NCBI GenBank assembly: GCA_951406725.2
Contig: OX597816.1
Location: 15,004,001-15,068,000, forward strand
Direction of reading: 5' to 3'
DNA length: 64,000 nt
From: Octopus vulgaris
Taxonomy: Eukaryota
In this document: positions 24,833-38,211 of the stretch, in pieces
Layout of the letters: each line of letters starts with the position of its first letter
Position numbering within the stretch: the stretch's first letter is position 1
Made by a program: the position numbers and the translations under genes
The notes under the pieces: generated by a model
Database searches by the model: none
What the model saw: the letters and a program-made list of their open reading frames with translations, nothing else
What the model was told of the DNA's origin: nothing

Positions 24833-25223
24833 GGCGCAGGAGTGGCTGTGTGGTAAGTAGCTTGTTTACCAACCACATGGTTCCGGGTTCACACCCACTG
24901 GTGGCACCTTGGGCAAGTGTCTTCTACTATAGCCTCGGGCCGACCAAAGCCCTGTGAGTGGATTTGGTAGACGGAAACTGAAAGAAGCCCGTCGTATATA
25001 TGTATATATATATGAGTGTGTGTGTGTCTGTGTTTGTCCCCCTAGTATTGCTTGACAACCGATGCTGGTGTTTTTATGTCCCCCGTTACTTAGCGGTTCG
25101 GCAAAAGAGACCAATAGAATAAGTACTGGGCTTACAAAAGAATAAGTCCTGGGATCGAGTTGCTCGATTAAAGGCGGTGCTCCAGCATGGCCGCAGTCAA
25201 ATGACTGAAACAAGTAAAAGAGT
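24833..25223 (+). mobile_element. SINE family A
   Basis: Full-length copy starting TA|GGCGCAGGAGTGGC. Confidence 0.85.
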
Positions 25224-25612
25224 ATATATATATACATACGCATCCATTTCCAAGTAAGTTAATCTTAACCTCTTCCCCGGCAACTTTTTTGGTAGAAACC
25301 TTTCATTTTCAGACGAATTTTCTTATTGCTTTTTTTTAATAGTATTTTTTATGCTGTTTATGGAAATAACTTTTGTTTTTATCTATTTCCTATATTTTAC
25401 CTGAAATTTTATTTTGGAGATACTATTTTCGACAAAAACAAGATAACTCGTCATCCCATATTTTTTTCATATTTTTTGTTATTTACTGCTTTTTTTCCCA
25501 ACTTTATCATCAAAAGTAAAGAATTACTCATTTATTTTACTTATTTTTAGCATGTCTTCTCAAAAATCTTTTTCTTTATATATTTATTTTTCTGAGCTTT
25601 GACATCTATCTA

Positions 25613-25650
<38 letters not shown>

Positions 25651-25653
<3 letters not shown>

Positions 25654-25862
25654 CTCTTTTACTCTTTTACTTGTTTCAGTCATTTGACTGCGGCCATGCT
25701 GGAGCACCACCTTTAGTCGAGCAAATCGACCCCGGGACTTATTCTTTGTAAGCCCAGTACTTATTCTATCGGTCTCTTTTGCCGAACCGCTAAGTGACGG
25801 GGACGTAAACACACCAGCATCGCTTGTCAAGCAATGCTAGGGGGACAAACACAGACACACAA

Positions 25863-25895
<33 letters not shown>

Positions 25896-26064
25896 CATAT
25901 ACGACAGGCTTCTTTCAGTTTCTGTCTACCAAATCCACTCACAAGGCATTGGTCGTCCCGGGGCTATAGCAGAAGACACTTGCCCAAGATGCCACGCAGT
26001 GGGACTGAACCCGCAACCATGTGGCTGGTAAGCAAGCTACTTACCACACAGCCACTCCTGCGCC
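25651..26064 (-). mobile_element. SINE family A
   Basis: Full-length reverse copy. Confidence 0.85.
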
Positions 26065-26091
26065 TATATATATATGATTGATTGATTGATT

Positions 26092-26225
26092 CTAGTTTCA
26101 GCTCACGAGCTGTGGCCATGCTGGGGCACCGCCATTTGGTGTTGCTACATGGTTTTACTTCACGAATGCTTTTTAGCAACTGCCATTTGGTGCATGAGAG
26201 AGTTCGATGCAGCTGCCCTCATCTG
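26092..26225 (-). mobile_element. Extreme 3' end of a CR1/L2-like LINE
   Basis: Minus strand encodes QMRAAASNSLMHQ followed by GGTGCCCCAGCATGGCCACAG, matching the end of 58130-59637. Confidence 0.55.
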
Positions 26226-26714
26226 TATATATATATATATATTATATTTTATATATTTTATCTAGTTTCAGCTCACAAGCTGTGGCCATGCTGGGGCACT
26301 GGGTGTAATTTGTAAAAAAGAAGACAAGAAATGCCGAATATTGATCTATAAACTCGTCTGTGGCTGTTTTTGAAATTATATATTTTGGACAAATTTACTT
26401 GTCACACCCTGCAAAAGACAAATTGGGCGAAGACGAGTTAACTCGTCTTTGCCAGGTAAGGGGTGTAGGAAGAAAAATAACTATTGTTTATTGACTTCTG
26501 TGGGATAATATGTGCCCAGTCAGACAATCTGTTGCTTTTCTGGACACTGAAGACAATGAGATTATTATGAAGGCAATGTCTGTGGGAACCACAAAATGTG
26601 CAACAGGCTTTTGAGATCCATTCCTATTGTATAGAGAGTATCCAGCAGATGTTCATTGAATCAATCAGTCTTCCAAACAAACTTATCTTTCTTATCTCAC
26701 TACCATCCACGCAC

Positions 26715-27325
26715 TTCTTTCTCTCTTTCTTTCTTTCTTTCTTTCCTTCTTTCTTTCCTTCTTACTTTCTTTCTTTCTTTCCTTCTTTCTTTCCTTCTTA
26801 CTTCTTTCTTTCTTTTTCTTTCCTTCCTTCTTTCTTTTTTCATTCTTTCCTTCTTTCTCTCTTTCCTCCCTTCCTTCCTTCCTTATTTCCTTCTTCCTTT
26901 CTACTTTCTACTTTCTTTCTTCCTACCTTCCTGCTTTTCTTTCTTTCTTTCCTTCTTTCCTTTTCGTTCTTTCTTTCTTTCCTCCCTTCCTTCTTTCCTT
27001 CCTTTCTAATTTCTTTCTTCCTTCCTACCTTCCTGCCTTTCTTTCTTTCCTTCCTTCCTTCTTTTTTTCCTTTTCCTTCTTTCCTTCTTCCTTTCTACTT
27101 TCTACTTTCCTACCTTCCTGCCTTTCTTTCTTTCTTTCTTTCCTTCCTTCCTTTTTTCCTTTTCGTACTTTCCTTCTTTCTTTCTTTCCTTCCTTCCTTC
27201 CTTCCTTCCTTCTTCCTTTCTACTTTCTACTTTCTTTCTTCCTACCTTCCTGCTTTTCTTTCTTTCTTTCCTTCCTTTCTTCCTTCTTTCCTTCTTTCCT
27301 TCTCTCTCCCTTTCTCTCTTCTGCT
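26715..27325. repeat. ~600 bp polypyrimidine (CTTT/CCTT)n tract
   Basis: Direct reading; explains the F/L/S/P-rich 280 aa ORF. Confidence 0.95.
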
Positions 27326-29570
27326 CTACAACTCACTCCCACATACAACCTGGCCATTTATATTACCTGTCACTACATTCTATACCACCACATATTTCTC
27401 TTTTTTACTCATGATCCACAGACACTCATCAATCCATTAGATTCCTCTCTGCCAGAAACCATATACGAAACCCCTTCCCTTATCCATTCCATTACCGCAC
27501 ACAAAATACATTTCTCGAAATCCTTCACATTTTTCATTCATTTTTTTTCTCCTCTCTTTGACAAAGAACTTCTTGTATGAATGCTGACATCTCTTCGTTT
27601 CTCCTTCTGCTAATTTTGCTTTCCAGATTTTTCAATAAAAAATTATCCAGCTGCTTTGATGTGTGTGTGTGTGTGTGTGTCTGTGTGTCTGTGTGTGTGT
27701 GGGTGGAGAGATAGAGAGAGATAGAGAGAGAGATCACTATAAATATATAGATTCTTTTATTCTTTTATTTGTTCCAGCCATTTGACCGTGGCCATGCTGG
27801 AGCACCACTTTTAGTCGAACAAATCGACCTCAGGACTTATTCTTTGTAAGACTAGTACTTATTCTATTAGTCACTTTTGCTGAACTACTAAGTTATGGAG
27901 ATGTAGACACGCCACCATTGGATGTCAAGCGATGGTGCGGGACAAACGCAGACACACATTTTGTGAAATTTGATTTAGTATTTCTAAATTGAATTTTTCC
28001 CTGTAAGTTTGGAATAATATTCCCTCATATTATATATATATATATGTTTATGTCTGTATATGTTTGTGTATCTGTGTTTGTGCCCACACTGTCGCTTGAC
28101 AACCAATGTTGTTGTGTTTATACCCCTATAACTTAGCAGTTTGGCAAAAGAAACCAATAGAATAAGTACTAGGCTTATAAAGAATAAGTCTTAGGGACAA
28201 ATTATTCGACAAAAGGTAGTGCTCCAGCATGGCCGCACTCAAGTGACTGAAACGAATAAAAAAAAGAATATATATATATTATATATATAATTAATATATA
28301 TATGTAATATATATATATGAATATATGTAGTTACACATGTCTATATATATATCTATGTGTATCTATATATATACGTACGTATTTATATGTGAAGCCTAAT
28401 CGTGTTTATCTGTGTCACTATCTCCATTTTAGCTTACCTGGATTTCTCTTACAGCCACTCTTGACGCTGTGGACCTAGTCCTAGATAACGAATTCGGTGT
28501 TTAAGTTCATTTCATTTGAGAACTACTACGTGTTTTCTATACACCCCATATCTAGCTCTCACCTATTGCCTGTGCACACACACACATACACACATATTTG
28601 GAATTAGTTCAGAACATATTACTCTGACTTCCATATATACCCCAGAGAATATTCATAGTGAATTGGGCGAGATCCCTAATGCCACAGGCTTAAAATTATC
28701 CAATACCACATGACTCATGGGGTTGTTTTATATGAATAATGTGATTCTAGAATCTTCTATTTTCATGATATGTTTCATGATGACAGTGTTAATACTTCAT
28801 GTTTACAAACAACGTTAAACGAATCAAATGTTTTTATATTATTCAGACCCTTCCAAAGACTATCAGAGTTCATAGTCTCATTTTTTATCTCATTTGTAAC
28901 TGTGTCATAATATATTTTTTCAATAAATAAATCTTCATTGAAGATAATAATTGTGAAAAAGTATATCTTTGAATGAAGCCATGAATTGGCATAATTTTTG
29001 TTATTTTCATTATCACCTATAATGGCCTGTGATTGGCTCAAAAACAGATTTTTATTTTGTTGTATACCTGACAGGGGTTAAGTTGTTTCAAAGCGTGTAA
29101 AAGTTATTTGTGGGACATTCTTGTTCAGTTAAGCTTGAGTTCAGTCAGCTGTCATGCATGAGCGATTATGGCCTAGTAACATGGATTATGTTTTTTATCA
29201 TTTGTGTTTGAATAAGGTGGTAAGCTGGCAGAACATTACCTTTCTAGACAAATTGCTTAGAGGCCTCTCTTCTGGGTTTTTATATTCTGAGTTCAAATCC
29301 TGCCATGGTCAACTTTGCTTATGAATCCTCCAAGGATGCGGCTGGGGGTTGATAAAATAATGTACCAGTCAAATAATAGGGTTGATAGTATTGACTAACA
29401 TCCCCACCTCTAAATTGTTCCAAAGTCAAAAACAATTATTATTATTATTATTATTATTATGTATGTATGTTGTTGTTTTGTCTTACACAAACGGTTCCAA
29501 GTCTCACCCAGAAACCTCAACTATCAGCAAGTTGGACATTTTACTACGATTGTTAAATATGATTAGCAAT

Positions 29571-29969
29571 AGGTGTAGGAGTGGCTGTGTGGTAAGTAGC
29601 TTGCTTACAAACCACATGATCCCGGGTTCAGTCCCACTGCATGGCACCTTGGGCAAGTGTCTTCTACTATAGCTTTGGGCCAACCAAAGCCTTGTGAGTG
29701 GATTTGGTAGACAGAAACTGAAAGAAGCCTGTCGTATATATGTATGTGTGTGTATATGTTTGTGTGTCTGTGTTTGTCCCCCCAATATCGCTTGACAACC
29801 AATACTGGTGTGTTTACATCCCCGTAACTTAGCGGTTCGGCAAAAAGAGACCGATAGAATAAGTACTAGGCTTACAAAGAATAAGTTCTGGGGTCGATTT
29901 GCTCGACTAAAGGCGGTGCTCCAGCATGGCCACAGTCAAATGACTGAAACAAGTAAAAGAGTAAAAGAG
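29571..29969 (+). mobile_element. SINE family A
   Basis: Full-length copy. Confidence 0.85.
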
Positions 29970-30284
29970 CAATGATTATTTTTATTATATGAAAACTCAC
30001 AGCTTATTTGGGGGCGGGGGTGAAGTCAATAAAATAAGTTCCCTCCCCTGAACTTGCTGGCTCTGTGCCAAAATTTGAAACCATTGTTGTTGTTATTATC
30101 ATTATTATTATTGAAGACGGTGAGCTGGCAGAGCCATTAACGCACTGGACGATATGCTTAGTGGTATTTTGCTCGTTGCTATGTTCTGAGTTCAAATTCC
30201 ACCGAGGTCAGTTTTGCCTTTCATCCTTTCAGGGTCAATAAATTAAGTACCAGTGAAACACTGAGGTTGATGTAATTGACTAAA

Positions 30285-31320
30285 CCTTTCATATCCCACC
30301 AAACAGATAACAACACCTTACATGGGTGAAGACCTTCTTTAGCCTGGGGTACCAGTGTTTCTCCTTTCCTTACCCACTGTCTTTGGCACTTGACATTATT
30401 ATAGAGAACCCATTTCTCATTACAAGTCACTATTCAGTTCAAAAGAATTTCAGTTGTGAGATGCGATAGCAAAAGAAAAGCATACATTCACTCTCTGCAC
30501 ACAATTAGACATGGAAAGTTTGTGAAGAACACATTGACCCAATTTGCCGACCTTTCCGGTGGCACACAGGTTTTAATGAATGGTTCAGTGACCAAATCCA
30601 AGCTTCTCTGCTAGTTCCTCAACAGTTACAATGGGATTTTGTTCCACCAGAGTTTGCAGGACATCCTCATCGAGCTCTACAGATCTTCCAGGATGAGGCT
30701 TGTCTTCTAGACTGTAGTTTCAAGGCTTGGAATTTCTGGAACCACCATAGAAACTCATTGTTTGATCCCCATAGACTATATTATTTGCCATATTCTGAAC
30801 GCCTTACTTCCCTGGGCATGGATACATTGAAACTCCGACGTCTAGCAGCTGACTTGGTAGACACCCATAAAATTATTAACCATCTTACTAACAAAAGCTC
30901 TAAGCACCTTTTCAAACTCCACCTGTCTAACACCCGTGGACATGTTTACAAAGTCAGAAAACAGCACAGGCTCCCATGACTTTTGGAAACATTTTTTCAC
31001 GCTAAGAGTTGCTGAAGCATGGAACAAACTGCCAGCATCAGTTGTTAGTTGTCGGAGCGCTGCATCCTTCAAAACTTCCATGCTTCCTGAGATTCACCAA
31101 CACTACACCTGATTTTCTCTCCTCCATACACACGCAAGCATGTATCTGTCTCATACACTGTTCACTTCCCAGACATTTGTACATTACTGCGTATGCTTTA
31201 TACTCACTTTTGACAAGTTGTTGTGCACCTGAGCAGTGTGTACAATAATTTCATTATTATTATTATACCTCACACTTTCCATTATGTTATCACCTTTATT
31301 GAACTCATAAAGCAAGGTAA
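30285..31320 (-). pseudogene. Decayed mariner transposase interrupted by a LINE
   Basis: VTCNEKWVLYNN...LHPCKVLLSVWWDMKG (30285-30430); N-terminal LLYEFNKG at about 31285-31315. Confidence 0.75.
30722..31266 (+). mobile_element. CR1/L2-like LINE 3' fragment with (ATT)n tail
   Basis: YSERLTSLGMDTLKLRRLAADL..TRGHVYKV..FFTLRVAEAWNKLP..SFK. Confidence 0.8.
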
Positions 31321-31629
31321 CAATAACTGTTAAAATCCCAAAAGACACAGCGTTTGGTTATTAGATGTTATTCTTCCAAAACATCTCAACTGCTATTTCT
31401 CCATTTTCTGAATTTTAATTTGAATATTTATAAACCAAGATTTATACTTCAACCTGTTATTCTAGGAATATTGCTATTCACAAAAAAATACGAGGCAACA
31501 AAGCAGTAATTCACTGGACATTTTTATCCCTTAATGGGGCTATTTTAACCTCTCTCCCTCTCTCTCTATATATGTGTGTATGTGTGTGTGTATATACACA
31601 TACACACATAACAGGCTTCCAGCCAATTT

Positions 31630-32027
31630 CATCATCATCATCATCATCATAATCACTGTTTAATGTCCGTTTTCCATGCTAGCATGGGTTGGATGGTTCA
31701 ACTGGGGTCTGGGGAGCCAGGAGGCTGCACCAGGCTCCAGTCTGATCTGGCAATATTTCTACAGCTGGAAGCCCTTCCTAACGCCAACCACTCCGTGACT
31801 GTAGTGGGTGCTTTTTATGTGCCACTGGCACAGGGGCCAGGGGAGGCTGGCAACAGCCACAATCGGTTAGTGCTTTTTACGTGCCACCGGTACGGAAGCC
31901 AGTCAAGGCGGCACTGGCATCGGCCACATTCGGATGGTGCTCTTTACGTGCCGCTGGCACGGGTATCACAACTACAATTTCCATTTGATTTTTATTTTGA
32001 TGTTGATGTACTTAACTCAATAGGTCT
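31630..32027 (-). mobile_element. Family B RTE 3' fragment
   Basis: Reverse complement of 44265-44660 and 4320-4765. Confidence 0.75.
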
Positions 32028-32727
32028 TTCCATCTACCAAATTCTTTTGCAAATTGTAATAGAAGACGTTTGGCCAAGGTACCGCATGGTTGAATTGAAC
32101 TCAAAATCATGCGGATGTAAAACAAGCTTCTTAACCACAGAGCCACACCTGAACCTATGAAAGAAGATTGGAAAAACCACATAAGAGATAGGTTTAGTGA
32201 TTGTCATGCTAATGCATATCAATAAGAGATAGTTTCAGCTCGGTATAAAACACGAGTAAATAAAGTCAATGCAGTTATTGTCTTCTGGAACAGAAAGTAA
32301 CATGACATTATCGGTTGTTGTCAAGATGGATAGCCTTGCTCTAGCTTCAGGTAATTGAAGATTGTCAAAGGGAAAATTGATATATATTGAAAGGGATAAG
32401 TTAAACAACACTTGTTACACCAAGAGATATCGATGAGAAAAATATAGCTTGATATGGGTGGAATGTAAGTACATTATATGCATGTGATATATATTTGGCA
32501 AAGATAGAAAAAAGAAAAAAAATTGTATTTTTCTTTCGTTATGTAATTCTTGCTTGTGCAGCATACTCTCCGTTATGTGAATTCGGTAAAGTGTTTACTC
32601 TGGATAATTGCATAAGAACTTCAGTCGCTGAGGCTATGCAATTAAGCAGAATCAACAGCACTAATGACTGTCAAGAATTTTAAAACCATGTTCTGTTAAT
32701 GAAGTTCCCGTGTGTGCGTGTCTGCAT

Positions 32728-32840
<113 letters not shown>

Positions 32841-32876
32841 CAGGCATATATATATAGATAATTATACATACATACA

Positions 32877-32912
<36 letters not shown>

Positions 32913-32994
32913 TGTATATATGTGTGTGTGTGTATCTCCATTTATCTATATGTCTATGTATGAATGTATGTATCTCTTTCTCTCTCTCTATCTA

Positions 32995-33038
<44 letters not shown>

Positions 33039-33744
33039 GTCTATCTATCTATCTATCTATCTATTTATTTATCTGTTTATCTCTCTGTATGTATGTATAT
33101 GTGTATGTATGTACATTCATACGTATGTCCATATATCAGCCTGTGCATATATATATGTTTGTACATTCATATATATGTCCATATGTCAGTCTGTAATCAT
33201 GTATATCAATCTATATATATATATATAGAGAGAGAGAGAGAAAGAGAAAGTAAGAGGGGTAGAGAGAGGTAGGAAAATGAGTGTGATAAAGTCGCAAGAG
33301 TTATCCAAAGCATAGAAAGTGTACAGTGGTCCTCTATCATACAGGGTCACTGTCCTCCACTGCCTTTGATCACTGTCTTCCACACAGAGAAATTGTAAAT
33401 TATGGCCACTAATTTCATGATACAATCCTTAATTCTGTTCTTTACAGAAATTCTTGCAAATTTGACCAAACAAAAACCCCAGATCATTATGTCTGTGTGT
33501 AGGTGTAATTTTGGGGAGTTTTAGAAATAGTACATATTTGGCATTGGTTTCTTGTCTCTTGCCACTACAGTTGTACTCAACTTTTACATGTGCTACATTT
33601 TCTTTATTCAAGATAGAAGACAGTAGCATAAAAAATAACGATAGAGGGATTGTTAAAATTGATGCTATACAAAGGTTTAAACTTTAAACCTTTGGATGGG
33701 TCCAGGGATGGGCAACTTTTCTCCAACTGCAGGCTGCATCATAC

Positions 33745-34157
33745 CTATTTCTTTACTACCCACAAGGGGCTAAACACAGAGCGAACAAGCAAGGACAGAC
33801 ATAGGTATTAAGTCGATTACATCGACCCCAGTGCGTAACTGGTACTTAATTTATCGACCCCGAAAGGATGAAAGGCAAAGTCGATCTCGGCGCAATTTGA
33901 ACTTACAACGTAACACAGACGAAATACCTATTTCTTTATTACCCACAAGGGGCTAAACATAGAGGGGACAAACAAGGACAGACATAGGTATTAAGTCGAT
34001 TACATCGACCCCAGTGCGTAACTGGTACTTAATTTATCGACCCCGAAAGGATGAAAGGCAAAGTCGATCTCGGCGGAATTTGAACTCACAACGTAACGCT
34101 GACGAAATACCGCTAAGCATTTTGCCCGGCGTGCTAACGTTTCTGCCAGCTCGCCGC
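33745..34157 (-). mobile_element. SINE family D (MetaSINE-like core), partial tandem dimer, inserted in a hAT-type MITE remnant (about 33702-34592)
   Basis: Core GACTTTGCCTTTCATCCTTTCGGGGTCGATAAATTAAGTACCAGT twice about 182 bp apart; decayed relatives near 29215, 30115, 36842, 53462 and 53650; host begins CAGGGATGGGCAAC. Confidence 0.7.
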
Positions 34158-34624
34158 ATCACACCATTTTCAAGTAGGAGAGGGTTGCATGATAAAACAC
34201 ATATGCATGGAATATTACTTGCCCAATTTACACTGAATTTTTTGCAGTTCTTCTTAATTTTATTTGTCTTGGTGTGAAAGTTTACATTAAGCTGGCATCT
34301 CTTTCGTTACTTCCTAACGATGATAATGACGATTACTAGTGATAAATAAATTTTAGTTTAAAATTTTGAGGTAAAAAAAAGAAAAGATAATTCATTGATA
34401 TTTTATTAAAGAACAAATCTCATTATCTGTATCATTGAGATTTTTGCATTTTCACATTCTTTACCATATTTTCAACATTAGGAAGAATTTGAGATGCTAT
34501 TACCCTTAGGTTATGCTGCAGATTAGTAACCTAGAAACTAATAAGGGCTGCATGACAGCATGTTGAGGGCTGCATGCGTCCCACAGGCCGCATTAAAGGT
34601 TATGCTTCAACAATACACAAATAT

Positions 34625-35263
34625 TTACTCTTTTATTCTTTTACCTGTTTCACTCATTTGACTGTAGCCATGCTGGACCACTGCCTTGAAGGGTTTTAGT
34701 CAAACAAATCAACCCCCCGGGACTTATTGTTTGTAAGCCTAGTACTTATTCCATCGGTCTCTTTTGCTAAACTGCTAAATTACAGGGATGCGTGGCTTAG
34801 AGTGTCAGCATCATGATCATAAGATTGTGGTTTCGATTCCTGGACTGGGTGATGTGTTGTGTTCTTAAGCAAAACACTTCATTTCACGTTGCTCCAGTCC
34901 ACTCAGCTGACAAAAATGAGTAACGCTGCGATGGACTGGCGTCCTGTCCAGCTGGGGAACACATATGCCATAGAAACCAGGAAACCAGGCCCATGAGCCT
35001 GGCTAGGCTTTAAAAAGGGCACATTTATTTTATAATTAAACGCACCAAAACTGGTTGTCAAGCAGTGGTAAGGGACAAACACAGGCATAAAGACACACAG
35101 ACAGACATATATATATGTATGTGGACTTCTTTCAGTTTTCATCTACCACATCCACTCACAAGGCTTTGGTTAGCTCAAAGCTATAGTAGGAGACACTTAC
35201 CCAAGCTGCCATGCAGTGGGACTGAACTCGGAACCATGTGGTTGGGAAGCAAACTTCTCACCA
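34625..35263 (-). mobile_element. SINE family A interrupted by a different tRNA-derived SINE (about 34785-35025, plus)
   Basis: Family A halves flank a segment with B box GGTTTCGATTCC and CTGCGATGGACTGGCGTCCTGTCCAG. Confidence 0.7.
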
Positions 35264-35330
35264 AATGGTCATGAAAGTCCACCTGAGTAAAATAGGAATC
35301 AAAGAAATGGTTAAGAAACACTAGTTTTAA

Positions 35331-35804
35331 CCCTTTCGTTACCAACCCGGCTGAAACTGGCTCTGGCTCTGAGTACAAATGTCTTGTTTTCATAAGTTTT
35401 GAATTAAAATCTTCCACCAAACCTTAGTCACAATTTATGTTCCTAACACTAGTTTAATGATAACTAAGTTATTTTACTAAATTCTTTGTTATATTTAAAA
35501 TTAATTGAAAGAAACACAGAGCATCTCAACAGAAATATGGTAACAAAAGGGTTAAAATATATAATAAAGAAACAATTCTTAACCCTTTCATTACCAACCC
35601 GGCTGAAACCGGCTCTGGCTCTGAATACAAATCTTTTGTTTTCATAAGTTTTGAATTAAAATCTTCCACCAAACCATAGTCACAATTTATGTTCCTAGCA
35701 CTAGCTGAATGATAATTAAGTTATTTTACTAAATTCTTTATTATATTTAAAATTAATTGAAAGAAACACAGAGCATCTCAAAATAAATACAGTAACAAAA
35801 GGGG
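35331..35804. mobile_element. Two tandem P1 TTAA MITEs (35331-35551, 35583-35804)
   Basis: Each has TTAA|CCCTTT...AAAGGG|TTAA. Confidence 0.8.
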
Positions 35805-36680
35805 TTAAAGAAGAAAAACTAAGCCATTTTGCAGACAATATTAAAGCTTGCAACATCTTTCATGAAAGAAATATGTGACAAGACAAAATTAGGAAAATTG
35901 CTCTGCCAACTACACCATTAACTGCCTGGATATTGTTTTATCAAAGAACTGGTCTGATGCTTAATATCAAACAATTTCTGAGAATGTGAGTTGGCTATCA
36001 TTTGCTTAAGTCCTTTGCTCTTGGTGGAGTATGGGCCAGAGATGTCTTTTCTCCCTTGTTCTTGAATCTGGGCTTTCTTTTCCTGCTTCCTCTCCCAAAT
36101 CTTGTTGGTTTTGAATTATCATCAATGCTTCAATAACTTTGCCTTTTTTTCTAAGTAGGGTTGTTGGCCTTACCTAAACCCATTTTTACCTCTGCAAACT
36201 GATGGTCTATATTTGTCCAGGCTCTTCTTTCGTTTGACTTGTCCAGTATAAGAGGCCTTATCAGGAGCTTGTACTCCTCAGGAATAACTCTCAGGGCCAT
36301 TGACATCTATAAGCCAATGGACCTTACAGTGGATTCAAATGAATGATAAACATTTATTCTTATTTATTCTTTAATGAGTGTCATCATCATCATTTAACGT
36401 CTGTTTTCCATGCTGGTATGGGTTGTACAACTTGACAAGGAGCTGGCAAGCAGGAAGCCTGCACCAGGCTCCAGTTGTCTGTTTTGGCATGGTTTTATGG
36501 CTGGATGCCCTTTCTAATACCAACCACTATACAAATTGTACTGGGTGCTTTTTATGTGGCACCAACATAGCTGCTTTTTACATGGTGCCAGCGTGAATGT
36601 TCTCTCCATGGTGCCAGCATGGGTGTTGTTGATACATCACAGCAGCATGGTTGCTTTATTCGTTTCTCTTCAAACAACAA

Positions 36681-36713
<33 letters not shown>

Positions 36714-37489
36714 GGGTTGGACGATTCGACTAAGGTATGGCAAACCAGATGGATAACATTGTTTATTATGTTGTACTGTGAGTGTGTGTATGAATGTGTT
36801 TAAAAATTGTTATTTTCATTTATAAAATTCAATTATTTATGAGGTGGTGAGCTGACATGATCCTTAGCATGTCAGACAAAATGCTTAGCAGCATTTTGTC
36901 CATTTTTACATTCTGACTTCAGATTCCACTGAGATTAACTTTGCCATTCCTCATCTCAGAATCGATAAAACAAGAAACAATTGAACACCAGGGTCGGTAT
37001 AATCAACTTAAATCCTCCCCCGAAATTGCTGGCCTTGTGCCAAAATTTGAAATCATTATTTTGTTTATTTCTGAAAATACTTCATATAAACGCATTTCAA
37101 TTTATAGTATGAATGGTAACTGGAAAATAAGTTTCAGAATTCCAAATTATGATGAAACTTTCACGAACAGAATCCTTCATCAACATGGGAAACAGTGTAC
37201 TCAATACATTTTGGAAAGTAAAATATTTATTAGTATATATTAGTAGTTGTTAACTACTGAACCATGTCTTTAAGCTGCATGTTGATAGAAAACAATTTGT
37301 ACATAGCAATCATCTGGGAAGATTAGAAAATAAAGAATCTTTGTTAAGTATGTAATTAGATTTCTAAAATACAAATTACTTATTTTTCGGTCGTTCTGTC
37401 TTATCAGATCCACTCAAAAACTGTTGTAAGCAAAGTGTTTAATATACACATGGAACTTAAAGTTATGGACTGGTAGTCAATAACAATTA

Positions 37490-38146
37490 GAGTATAATTA
37501 TAGATACTGCATGCCCGAGAGAGGATAGGGTATCAGACAGAGAAGAGAAGCTGGATAGATATGATGATTTGAAACAGGAGATAAAAAAGACAGTGGTCAG
37601 TGAAGAAAGTGAGTGTTATACATGTTGTTGTTGTTGTTGTTGGTGCCTTGGGAACTGTAAGTATTATGATTGCAGTCTGGATTGAAAAGATAGGAGTTAA
37701 ATGTGAAGATAAAGCATCTACCGATGAAAAAAAGTATTGCTTGGAATTGTACAAAATCATGTGAAGAGTTCTTGAAGTCTGAACGAACAGTGTTACCTTA
37801 GTCCACTGGTTGCGGACAGCTATAACCTTGTTACATTCTCCAGTGAAGTTGCTGTGTGAAACAACATTAATAATAATGATAAATAAATAAATAATAATAA
37901 TAAATAAATAAATAATAATAATAAATATATAAATAATAATAATAACGACGACGACGACGACGACGACGGGGCTTACAAACACATATAACATACAGAAAAT
38001 TGCACTACTAGGCACTGCACACATCCTACGCAGAACACTTTTCATACAATAACCATCAGAGCATCACAACAAATCACAGCACATACCCAAGGCACACAGA
38101 GCTGCGCTCGGTAGTGAAGTGAAAGCACGCTATAAAAATAAAACTA

Positions 38147-38150
<4 letters not shown>
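37490..38150 (+). mobile_element. Two R4/Dong-like (RLE-type) LINE 3' fragments with (TAA)n tails
   Basis: IDTACP.ED..EKLDRYDDLKQEI..VVVGALGTV; IYNIQKIALLGTAHILRRTL followed by (AAT)n. Confidence 0.7.
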
Positions 38151-38182
<32 letters not shown>

Positions 38183-38211
38183 CATAATAATAATAATAAT
38201 AATAATAATTT

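Larger units (their letters stand above)
25269..26463. mobile_element. piggyBac-type non-autonomous element (family P3) interrupted by SINE A (25651-26064) and LINE tails
   Basis: TTAA|CCTCTTCCCCGGCA ... TGCCAGGTAAGGGG; subterminal palindrome GACGAGTTAACTCGTC shared with 58577-58885; right TTAA not preserved. Confidence 0.6.

Noticed and set aside
26598-27440. 280 aa F/L/S/P-rich ORF
   Set aside because: A polypyrimidine tract cannot contain stop codons; no coding signal.
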